This document shows, piece after piece, positions 47,537-55,724 of a stretch of DNA of 64,000 nt. Each line of letters opens with the position of its first letter. Positions within the stretch are counted from its first letter, which is position 1. Under the pieces are notes generated by a model. That model was not told where the DNA came from and searched no databases. It saw only the letters and a list, made by a program, of their open reading frames with translations. Origin of the DNA: Polyangiaceae bacterium. Lineage in GTDB: Bacteria; Myxococcota_A; Polyangia; Polyangiales; Polyangiaceae. The position numbers and the translations under genes are program-made. Where the stretch lies: contig JAWKRG010000003.1 in assembly GCA_041389725.1 (NCBI GenBank), positions 1,222,877 through 1,286,876 on the forward strand. The letters are read 5' to 3'.

Positions 47537-49248
47537 GCGGGAGCAACGTCGGGTCGGGCGCTCCCGTCGAAGCCGTCGATGCGAATTTCGACGGCGTCGC
47601 CGCCGCGGTAGGTATCGGCACGGAGACTGCCATAGACGGTGGTCGCACTTCCGGCGGCCGGCGCTTCACCCGAGTAACCGGGCGCGAATCCCGCAATGCG
47701 TCGTCCAGGCGCGAGCTCGAGCTCGAGCTTGAGATGCCCACCTCTGACTTCCCGTGCGGACAGCACGCGCGCGTCGATCACGATTCGCGGCGCAGGATTG
47801 CTCTGCCCGCAGGGTTCCAGGCGCTCCAGATCCGACAGCACCTGGCGCGGTTCATCCTCGGGATGAAGCGGCAGCCGACTGTCATTCGTCTCGTCACTGC
47901 CGTTCGAAGGCATGCGTGCGCTGGCCGCGGCGAAGGCCTCGCGGAACTCTGCCAGGCGGCTTGCCTGGACTTCCAGCCCCGCCGCCGCCTGATGACCTCC
48001 GAAGCGCAGCAGGGCTTCCTTGGATGCAGCAAGCGCGTCATACAAGCGAGCACCCGGCGGACCGCGGACCGAACCACGACCGTGCTCTCCTTCGAATCCG
48101 ATCACGACACACGGCTTGCCGTAGCGGCCCACCAGACGACCCGCAACGATGCCGACGATGCCGTGATTCCAGTCGTCTCGGCCGATCACGATCGCGGGAC
48201 GCTCGGCGTATCCGTCCCGCTCGATCTCCTCGATGGCTTGCGCCAGCATCCGGTCCTGCACGAGTCGTCGTTCCTGCTGAACCCGTTCCACGCGCTCACC
48301 GAGTTCGCGCGCTTCGTCATGGCTTGTCGCCAGCAGTAGTTGCAGAGCCAGATCAGGCGAACCCATTCGCCCCGGCGCGTTGAGCCGGGGCGCAATGCGG
48401 AAGGCCACGTCCTCGGCGCTGATGTTTCGGGCGGCGTCGAAGCGCGCAAGCTCGAGCAGCGTGCGCACGCCCGGTCGCTCCGCGCGGGCAATGCGCCCGA
48501 GGCCCGCACGGGTCAACGCGCGGTTGTCCCCTTCCAGAGGCACGACGTCGGCGATCGTGCCGATGGCCACCAGGTCCAGCCAAAGCCGCAAATCCAGCGG
48601 CTTGTCCAGGCACTTGCGCAGCGCGGCGGCCACGGACAAGGCCAGCCCGCAAGAGGCCAGTCCCTTGAAGCCAAAGCCACAGTCGGGCCGATTCGGGTTC
48701 AAGAAGGCCAGCACCGGCAGCGGTTCGTCGGGCACCAAGTGGTGATCGATCACCACGCAGTCGACGCCTCGCCCAGTCAGCTCCGCCAAGACGGCGTGAT
48801 CCGAAGAACCACAGTCACAAGTCACCAGCAGACTTGCTTCGCTCGAGCGAATGCGCTCCGCTGCTGCGGCCGAAACCCCGTATCCGCCCTCGAACCGGCT
48901 GGCTAGCAGCGGAACGACCTTGCCGCCCAAGGTCCGGATCACGCTGGTCATGATCGCTGCCGAGGTGATGCCGTCGCAGTCGTAGTCGCCGTAGACGCAG
49001 ATGGTCTCGCCCGCGCGCACGGCACGTGCGATGCGGTCGGCAGCGAGTTCGCGGTCTACCATGGCCGCGGGATCCGTCAGATCTTGTAGCCGCGGTTCGA
49101 GGAACGCTCGCGCGGCAGCATGATCGCGGAATCCGCGTCGCGCGAGCCACGCCGCGACCGTGCGGGAGAGCCCGAGCGCTCCACGAAGCTCGCCGGCAAG
49201 CCGGCCTTCGTCGGGCGTGCCGTCCGCGATCCGGGGAAGGGCGCTCAT
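47533..49248 (-). CDS. recJ: single-stranded-DNA-specific exonuclease RecJ
   Basis: DHH motifs (ICVYGDYDCDGITS, VIDHH); DHHA1 domain (GGHQAAAG); start set at MSALPRIADG. Confidence 0.85.
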   Translation of the reverse strand: MSALPRIADGTPDEGRLAGELRGALGLSRTVAAWLARRGFRDHAAARAFLEPRLQDLTDPAAMVDRELAADRIARAVRAGETICVYGDYDCDGITSAAIMTSVIRTLGGKVVPLLASRFEGGYGVSAAAAERIRSSEASLLVTCDCGSSDHAVLAELTGRGVDCVVIDHHLVPDEPLPVLAFLNPNRPDCGFGFKGLASCGLALSVAAALRKCLDKPLDLRLWLDLVAIGTIADVVPLEGDNRALTRAGLGRIARAERPGVRTLLELARFDAARNISAEDVAFRIAPRLNAPGRMGSPDLALQLLLATSHDEARELGERVERVQQERRLVQDRMLAQAIEEIERDGYAERPAIVIGRDDWNHGIVGIVAGRLVGRYGKPCVVIGFEGEHGRGSVRGPPGARLYDALAASKEALLRFGGHQAAAGLEVQASRLAEFREAFAAASARMPSNGSDETNDSRLPLHPEDEPRQVLSDLERLEPCGQSNPAPRIVIDARVLSAREVRGGHLKLELELAPGRRIAGFAPGYSGEAPAAGSATTVYGSLRADTYRGGDAVEIRIDGFDGSARPDVAPA

Positions 49249-49350
49249 GGTCGAGCCCGCTATGGAACATGCCCGACCCGAGTCGTCAACGACGTGGCGA
49301 ACCAGGGAGGAATCGCGCGATGCGCGGTGGCGCGAGGAGGATTGGTGACG

Positions 49351-49494
49351 CTTGACCGATGGCAATCGCAAGCCATCGCGAGGGTGACTTCTGCCTTGGA
49401 CCGACGGCAATCGCAAGCCGTCGCGAGGTTGGATTCCGCCTTGGACCGATGTCTACGACACGCCTGTCAGACCTACGAGCAGGTCACTTCTGCG
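49351..49494. repeat. noncoding tandem array of 45-bp repeats (two full units plus one diverged unit) in the recJ / lipoprotein-operon intergenic region
   Basis: U1 cttgaccgatggcaatcgcaagccatcgcgagggtgacttctgc; U2 cttggaccgacggcaatcgcaagccgtcgcgaggttggattccgc; U3 shares the first 12 nt and the last 11 nt. U1 and U2 each hold a 7-bp stem with an 8-nt loop (cgaTggc-aatcgcaa-gccAtcg versus cgaCggc-aatcgcaa-gccGtcg), and the stem changes compensate each other. Confidence 0.75.
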
Positions 49495-49556
49495 AGTCTT
49501 CCGCAAATCCGTGAATCAAACGGAATGGCCCGGCCTTTGCAGCTCGGCGCGGCCAC

Positions 49557-51353
49557 ATGGGATGTGCCAGAAAGCGGGAAGCGCTGGTGTCGACGTGTGT
49601 CGCGCTGGGCGCGTTGGTGCTGTTGGTTCACTGCGCGGATCAAGCGCAGGAGGCATCCGGCAAGGGTGGTGAGGCGGGCGGCGGGAACAACCCGTGCGTC
49701 GGTCCAAGTTGTGGGACCGGCGGAGTCACGGGCATCGGCGGAAGTGCCGGCGCAGCGGGCGCTCCCGAGAAGGAACTCGAGAACACGTTTCGCTCACCCG
49801 TCGCCACGGGCCGCTACGTGTGGACCGCGAACCCAGAGAGCTCGCGAGTCGCGCGAGTGGACGCGGTCAGCTTCGAGGCGCGTACCTACGAGGCCGGGTT
49901 TGGCCCCAGCTACCTTGCGGCGGTTCCCGGCCCCAGCGATGAGGACCGGGCGCTCGTGATCAACGTGGGCAGCAACGACGCGAGCCTGTTCATTGCCGAC
50001 GCAAAAGGGGAAGTCACCGTGCACAGCGCGGCATTGCACGAGGGCGCGAACTCCCTGGCCGTGAGCAAGACCGGCAAGTGGGCGCTCGCTTGGACGGACG
50101 CGACGCAGGTGAAGAACGCCGACGTCACCGAGGGGTTTCAGGACGTGACGGTGCTGGATCTGAGCGCGATGCCGCCGGTGTCGACTCGCCTCTCCGTCGG
50201 CTACCGCCCCTCGCGGGTGTTCATCTCGGCCGACGATGCCCACGCCTACTTCGTGACGGAACCAGGGCTTTCGGTGCTGACCTTGGACTCCAGTCTGGGA
50301 CCAAACGTGGACCGCGACGTCGTGCTGAGTACGGATCCTTTCTCTCCGCCCGCGAGGGACGTGACGGTGACTCCTGATGGTGCCTACGCCCTGGTGCGTC
50401 GGAATGGCAGCAACCTCGTGACACTGGCAGAGATAGCCACCGGAGCTCTGAAGGACATCACCTTGTCGGGTCCCGTCACGGATCTGGATCTGACCGAGAA
50501 CGGCAAGCTCGCCCTCGCGGTGGTGCGTGCACCTACCCCGCCACAGTCCGATGCCGGGGTGGATGCTGGCACGACCACTGATGCCAGTGCAGGCAACGAA
50601 GCTGGCGACGATGCCGGAGATGCGTCGACTGACGCGAGCGCAAGCGCATCAGACGGATCCGCGGATGCCACACCCGACGTCGCACCTCCACCCGTCGTCG
50701 ACTCCGAGCTGTTCGTCTTGCCCATTCCGGAGGTGTTCAGCAATCCCAGCGCCGCGAGCCAACAATCCTTGCCAGGCGAAACCGTGGGCAGCGTTGCGGT
50801 GGGGCAATCGGGCAACGTGGCTGTCCTCTACACCAACGCCAGCGCCAACGACCATCTGACCCTGGTAAAGCTCACGCCGGGCGCGGACTTCCTGAGTCAT
50901 CGCTCCGTCGCCTTGAAGGCACCCGTCAGCGCCGCCTTCGTGGCACCCGACGATGCACATGCCATCGTGCTGCTCAGCCCCGCAGCGGGGAGCAGCAAGC
51001 CCGGAGCATTCAGTCTGGTGCCGATCGCGAAGGAGCTGCCTCCGAAGATCCAGGGAACCGATGCGCCCACGCTGAGCGTGAGCATCGCGCCGGCGCCGAG
51101 CAATCGCGCGATAGTGACCACACGTGACGACAGCAAGCAGATCTTCGCAGCCTACCTGGCGCGCATGCCGGAACTGCAGGTGGATCGCATCACGCTGTCG
51201 AGTCCACCGCTGGCGAGCGGAATGGTTCCAGCCGCGGGGGTCGCGTTCGTTGCCCAGCAGCATCCGGAAGGCCGCATCACCTTCGTCAATCTCCAGAACG
51301 GGGACGCGCGAACCCTCACCGGCTTCGAGTTGGGCGCCAAGGTGGTGGACTGA
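49557..51353 (+). CDS. lipoprotein, predicted beta-propeller; tandem paralog 1
   Basis: Signal and lipobox (VSTCVALGALVLLVHCADQ); Gly-rich linker; about 55% identical to the next gene; shared C-terminal motif AQQHPEGRITF.NL.NGDARTLTGFELGAKVVD. Confidence 0.7.
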   Translation: MGCARKREALVSTCVALGALVLLVHCADQAQEASGKGGEAGGGNNPCVGPSCGTGGVTGIGGSAGAAGAPEKELENTFRSPVATGRYVWTANPESSRVARVDAVSFEARTYEAGFGPSYLAAVPGPSDEDRALVINVGSNDASLFIADAKGEVTVHSAALHEGANSLAVSKTGKWALAWTDATQVKNADVTEGFQDVTVLDLSAMPPVSTRLSVGYRPSRVFISADDAHAYFVTEPGLSVLTLDSSLGPNVDRDVVLSTDPFSPPARDVTVTPDGAYALVRRNGSNLVTLAEIATGALKDITLSGPVTDLDLTENGKLALAVVRAPTPPQSDAGVDAGTTTDASAGNEAGDDAGDASTDASASASDGSADATPDVAPPPVVDSELFVLPIPEVFSNPSAASQQSLPGETVGSVAVGQSGNVAVLYTNASANDHLTLVKLTPGADFLSHRSVALKAPVSAAFVAPDDAHAIVLLSPAAGSSKPGAFSLVPIAKELPPKIQGTDAPTLSVSIAPAPSNRAIVTTRDDSKQIFAAYLARMPELQVDRITLSSPPLASGMVPAAGVAFVAQQHPEGRITFVNLQNGDARTLTGFELGAKVVD

Positions 51354-51354
51354 C

Positions 51355-52986
51355 ATGACACGAACGAGTTCCCTTCTCGGGTTGGCGTTCAGCGGCGGCG
51401 CGCTGATGCTCGTGGCGATCGCCTGTGGTGCCGCTGACAACGAGGACGCCGCTGGCGCACCGTCGGGCACGGGCGGGGCCAGCGCATTCGATTCCGGGCT
51501 CGGTGGTTTCAACGCCACCGGGGGCGGCGCTGGACAAGGCGGCAGCGCCGGATCGGGATTGCCGCCAGAAAAGGAATTGGAAAGCTCCTTCCGCGTGCCG
51601 GTCACCACCAGCCGCTTCGTGTGGAGCGCCAACCCCGACAGCGGACGCGTCGCGCTGATCGATGCCAGCTCCCTCGAACTGACGATCCTGGAAGCTGGTT
51701 TTGCCCCGACCTACCTGGCCGCAGTGTCCGATCCCGCCGACGAAACCAACAACGCGGCGATCGTACTCAACGTGCTGTCGCACGACGCCACGCTGTTCCG
51801 CGTCGCGGGCAGCGGCAAGGTCGACACCACGACGCTGCCGACCCATCAGGGCGCGAATAGTTGGGCGGTCAGCAAGGACGGCGGCTGGGCCATCGCCTGG
51901 ACGGATCCGACGAAGGTCACCAACCCGGACCCCACCGATGGCTTCCAGGATGTGACGGTGCTGCACTTGACGGATCCACCCACGTCGACGCGGCTGACCG
52001 TCGGCTATCGACCCACGCGGTTGTCGATCTCGAGCGATGGCACCCGAGCCTTTGCTGTCACGGAACCCGGCGTCAGCGTCATCGAACTCAGCAGCGCCCC
52101 CGAAGTCACTCAGCTGGTTCCAGTCACCGACGATCCCTTGAGCGCTGCCAGCACGCGAGACGTGTCGATCACCCCCGACGGCTCCATGGCCGTCGTGCGC
52201 AACGAAGGCGACGACGACGTGCTGTTCATCGATCTGAGCGATGGCAGCCGCAACACGCGCACGCTCAGCGGCCCGCTCACGGACTTGGACCTCTCCGCCG
52301 ACGGAAGCCTGGCGCTGGCGGTGGTACGTGACCAGGCCGAGCTCTTTCTGTTGCCGATCCCCGAGGCGGCCACCAACGCCGCAGCGGGTGACAGCGTCAA
52401 GCTCAGTGGAGAGTTGGTCGGCAGCGTGTCGGTGTCCGAGAACTCGGAGACGGCTGCCCTCTACTCCAACGCCACCGCCAACGACCGCATCAGCACGGTC
52501 GATCTGCGCCCCGGCGCAGGCTATCTGACCGTACGCAGCGTGAGCGTGAAGGCCCCCGTGCAGGCGGTGTTTCCCGCGCCGGACGGCGCGCACTTGATCG
52601 CGCTCTCCTCTCCGCCCGGCGGGAGCAGCAAGAAGGGCGCCTTCAGCCTGGTCGCGGCGCAGAAGATCCTGTCCCCCAAGGTCGTGGGCACGGACGCAGT
52701 GCCCATCGCCGTGGGCTTGCAGCAGTCGCCGACCGCACGAGGCCTCATCGCGGTGCGCGACGACGTCACGCAGAAGCATGGCGTGTACATGGCACGCATG
52801 CCGAGCCTGCAAGTGGACTTCACGCCGCTCTCGAGCCCCCCGCTTTCGGTGGGCATCGTGCAGAAGGCGGGCAAGGGTTACGTGGCGCAACAGCATCCCG
52901 AGGGTCGCATCACCTTCATCGACCTGACGGATGGCAGCGCGCGCACGCTGACCGGATTCGAACTGGGAGCCAAGGTGGTGGATTGA
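51355..52986 (+). CDS. lipoprotein, predicted beta-propeller; tandem paralog 2
   Basis: ATG 51355, 1 nt after the upstream TGA; MTRTSSLLGLAFSGGALMLVAIACGAAD lipobox; same domain order and C-terminal motif as the 49557 gene. Confidence 0.7.
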   Translation: MTRTSSLLGLAFSGGALMLVAIACGAADNEDAAGAPSGTGGASAFDSGLGGFNATGGGAGQGGSAGSGLPPEKELESSFRVPVTTSRFVWSANPDSGRVALIDASSLELTILEAGFAPTYLAAVSDPADETNNAAIVLNVLSHDATLFRVAGSGKVDTTTLPTHQGANSWAVSKDGGWAIAWTDPTKVTNPDPTDGFQDVTVLHLTDPPTSTRLTVGYRPTRLSISSDGTRAFAVTEPGVSVIELSSAPEVTQLVPVTDDPLSAASTRDVSITPDGSMAVVRNEGDDDVLFIDLSDGSRNTRTLSGPLTDLDLSADGSLALAVVRDQAELFLLPIPEAATNAAAGDSVKLSGELVGSVSVSENSETAALYSNATANDRISTVDLRPGAGYLTVRSVSVKAPVQAVFPAPDGAHLIALSSPPGGSSKKGAFSLVAAQKILSPKVVGTDAVPIAVGLQQSPTARGLIAVRDDVTQKHGVYMARMPSLQVDFTPLSSPPLSVGIVQKAGKGYVAQQHPEGRITFIDLTDGSARTLTGFELGAKVVD

Positions 52987-54584
52987 TGCGACGTCTAGCT
53001 TGGTCTTGTGCAGTCATGGTTTCGGCGCTCAGCGCCGCGTGCGGGGGTCGTCCAGACCATTGGGACCAAACCATGTCTGCGGACGTGAAACAGGTGGGGC
53101 TGACGGGCTCCGTGGCGGTGGTCGATGAAAGCCTCGATCGCGTGCTGATGCTCGGTGCGACCAGTGGCCGGGAGCTACTCACGACGCCCCTCAAAGTCGG
53201 CAAGAACGTCGTGCGAGCCGAAGCGTCGCCGGATCGCGAACACCTGTTCGTGCTCTCTCGTGGCGTGCAACCTCGTCGACAGCCCGACGACGAGCTTCCC
53301 AGCCTCACCGTCATCGCAGGCGGGACGTCGCCACGAGTGGAAGCTCGCTACACACTGACGGACCCGTTGCAGGGGCTGGCCATCGACCCCGAGGGCGAAT
53401 GGGCCGTCGTGTTCGATGCCGGCGGCGTCGTGGTCAATCCCAACGAGCTCATCCTGGTGAAGCTCGGCGATGCGGGAGCGGACCCCCTGCCCAAGACCAT
53501 TCGCAGCTTTGGTGGGCGACCCACGCGGCTCACCTTCACCAGCGAGTTGGCGGTGCCCGGGGGTGCGGCGCGACGCCTCCTGATCGTGGAGACGGAGCAG
53601 GACGTGACACTCGTCGATCTCGCCGAACCCACTCGCGACGAAGTGACCCTCATCCTGCCGAAAACTGCGTCGGGTCAGCCCGGCCGACCCTTCCAAGTGG
53701 ACTACCACGATGGTGAGCCCGACGATGACTCGGACGCCCGCATCGCCATTCGCTTGGCGAACGACAGCAACGTGATGTTGGTGGAGCTTGGGCCTGCTCC
53801 GGCAGACGAGCCCGGTAAGCCCTTCAAGCCGACGGTGAACGTGGCGGACGTCGGCGGTGTTCCGACCGACGTGGCGTTCGTGCAGACCGATGGCGGATTG
53901 CGCCTGGCAGCCCTGGTGCCCTCTCGCCAGCAAGCCACCCTGGTGGATCCCAAGACCACTGTTGCAGAGACAGTGAGTTTCGAAAAGCCCTACAGCCGTA
54001 TGGCGCGAGTGACGGACTCGGTCACGAACAAGCCGATCCAGAGCGATGTGGCTTTGTTGTGGAGTAGCTCGGCGACGGGAGTCGCGTTTTGGTCCTTGGG
54101 CAAGACCAGTGGCACTCCATTCCGCAGCGTCGATCCCTACGAGATCGGCATCAGCGTGGCGCAGGTGAAGAGCGTGCCCGGGGAGACCCGGGCGCACTTG
54201 AAGATCCTCGAGAGTGCCGCCTCGCCAGAGTTCTACGTGCTGGACCTGGACAAGCGCCAGAGCTTTCCCATGCTCACCAACGCGAGCGGCTTCAGCTTGT
54301 CGGTCTCGCCCGACGGCGAGCGGGCCTGGGCGCTCAAGCCCGGGACCCCGGAGTTCGCCAGCATCACCTTGTCGGATTTGCATCCGACCAGCATCGTGGT
54401 GGAACGTGACGTGACGGCAGTTCACGACATCGAGCGGCGAGATGCGGGGCGCGCCGTGATCGCACTGCACGTCGTGGACAAGGGCGACCACACCACCGTG
54501 GGCGCCACGGTGCTCGACGCCCTCGACCCTGACACCGCCAAGAGTCGCTTCTTCCCTGGAATCATCTTCGGAGGTCTACGATGA
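52983..54584 (+). CDS. lipoprotein, unknown function (third gene of the operon)
   Basis: ATGA overlap with the upstream stop; MMRRLAWSCAVMVSALSAACGG lipobox; beta-rich. Confidence 0.65.
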   Translation: MMRRLAWSCAVMVSALSAACGGRPDHWDQTMSADVKQVGLTGSVAVVDESLDRVLMLGATSGRELLTTPLKVGKNVVRAEASPDREHLFVLSRGVQPRRQPDDELPSLTVIAGGTSPRVEARYTLTDPLQGLAIDPEGEWAVVFDAGGVVVNPNELILVKLGDAGADPLPKTIRSFGGRPTRLTFTSELAVPGGAARRLLIVETEQDVTLVDLAEPTRDEVTLILPKTASGQPGRPFQVDYHDGEPDDDSDARIAIRLANDSNVMLVELGPAPADEPGKPFKPTVNVADVGGVPTDVAFVQTDGGLRLAALVPSRQQATLVDPKTTVAETVSFEKPYSRMARVTDSVTNKPIQSDVALLWSSSATGVAFWSLGKTSGTPFRSVDPYEIGISVAQVKSVPGETRAHLKILESAASPEFYVLDLDKRQSFPMLTNASGFSLSVSPDGERAWALKPGTPEFASITLSDLHPTSIVVERDVTAVHDIERRDAGRAVIALHVVDKGDHTTVGATVLDALDPDTAKSRFFPGIIFGGLR

Positions 54585-55594
54585 TGCGCGCACCGTTGAT
54601 TGGATTCGCTGTGCTGCTCGCCAGCACGGCAGTGCTCGCACAACCTGCCGCGAAGCCACCGGCAGACAAGGCGGCTCCCGCCACACCCGCAGCCGAAAAG
54701 CCTGCAGCGGAGAAGCCCGCAGCAAAGCCCGCGGCACCCGTGGCGCCGACCGCCGCTCCCACTGTCACCGAACCCGCCGGCGCAGCGAATGAAGGTGGGG
54801 AAGGCGACGCCGCAGTTGGGGCTGAGGCCGCGAGTCCCACCCCTGCGACTGCCCCTGCCTCCACGACTCCTCCCGCCGCGACGCCGCAGACTGCGCCTTT
54901 CGCGGGCGGGTTCGCCGTGACCTCCTATCCGAGCGCAACTCCCGAGCCTCAGGCCGACCAAGTCGAGTCGCCACCTCGGAAGAAGTCTGCCTATCCGGGC
55001 TGGCAGCTGTTCGCGGGCATGCGCGGCGCGTTCGTGGGGAACGAAGGCTACGATCCCTTCGCCGAGAAGGACTTCATGGGTCAGGGATCCCTCGCCGTGG
55101 GCCGCACGGTCTACACTCAAGGGAACCTGAGCGTGGCCGGTATGCTGTTCTATGATGGCAGCGGGCACGAGAGCACCGCGCGAGGCGAGGCCACGCGCAT
55201 AGCGCTTCATCGATTCACTCTCGGTCCCGAACTGCGATTCCACCTGCTGCCACAGCTCTACCTCTACGCACGGCCCAGCGCCGGACCGCTGCGGGCCGCA
55301 GCGCGCCTGGACGAAGGCGCGACCGGGACCGAGTTGTACGCGGCGGATTGGCTGATCGCCGTCGATGGGTTCGCGGGCGTCGCGGGCGAGCTATTGGATC
55401 TTTCCGGAGCAAAGGGCGAGCTGCGGATCTGGGCCGCCGCCGAAGGCGGATACGGTTGGACCAGCTCGATGGATCTGCAGTTCACGCCCGACGAGGACGT
55501 AGGCGGAGCACCGCAGCGCACAGCTGCCGTGGATCTCGGTACCTTTGCCGCGCGAGGGCCGGCCTTTCGCGGCATGGTGGGCGTCAGCTTCTGA
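54581..55594 (+). CDS. secreted protein with Ala/Pro/Lys-rich N-terminal region and beta-barrel-like C-terminal domain
   Basis: ATGA overlap with the upstream stop; signal MMRAPLIGFAVLLASTAVLAQP; (AEKPA)n-like repeats; C-terminal amphipathic beta strands ending in Phe (MVGVSF). Confidence 0.6.
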   Translation: MMRAPLIGFAVLLASTAVLAQPAAKPPADKAAPATPAAEKPAAEKPAAKPAAPVAPTAAPTVTEPAGAANEGGEGDAAVGAEAASPTPATAPASTTPPAATPQTAPFAGGFAVTSYPSATPEPQADQVESPPRKKSAYPGWQLFAGMRGAFVGNEGYDPFAEKDFMGQGSLAVGRTVYTQGNLSVAGMLFYDGSGHESTARGEATRIALHRFTLGPELRFHLLPQLYLYARPSAGPLRAAARLDEGATGTELYAADWLIAVDGFAGVAGELLDLSGAKGELRIWAAAEGGYGWTSSMDLQFTPDEDVGGAPQRTAAVDLGTFAARGPAFRGMVGVSF

Positions 55595-55724
55595 GTAGTG
55601 CGGTCGTTGAAGCACGAGCGCGTCGGCGTCGCGTGCCGCCCAATGCGAGACGCACGCGCGTCGGCGTTCTGATCGCGCGTGCCACTCACTTGGGAAGTCC
55701 GCCCCCACCGGGGACGGGCCCCGC

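Noticed and set aside
49120-49959. 279-aa plus-strand ORF that reads through the 45-bp tandem repeats (LDRWQSQAIARVTSA LDRRQSQAVARLDSA)
   Set aside because: Its start lies antisense inside recJ and it runs out of frame into the lipoprotein gene. GC3 is low. It reads through only because the 45-nt repeat period is a multiple of 3. The repeats are treated as noncoding.
51316-52896. 526-aa minus-strand ORF (and 50649-51632, 53175-54491)
   Set aside because: Antisense to the lipoprotein operon genes. Arg/His/Gly-rich nonsense.
55595-55724. GC-rich partial palindromes between convergent genes (gcgcgtcggcg repeats, ggggacgggcccc)
   Set aside because: No clean stem of 6 bp or more with a short loop could be drawn. 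A terminator is possible but not supported.
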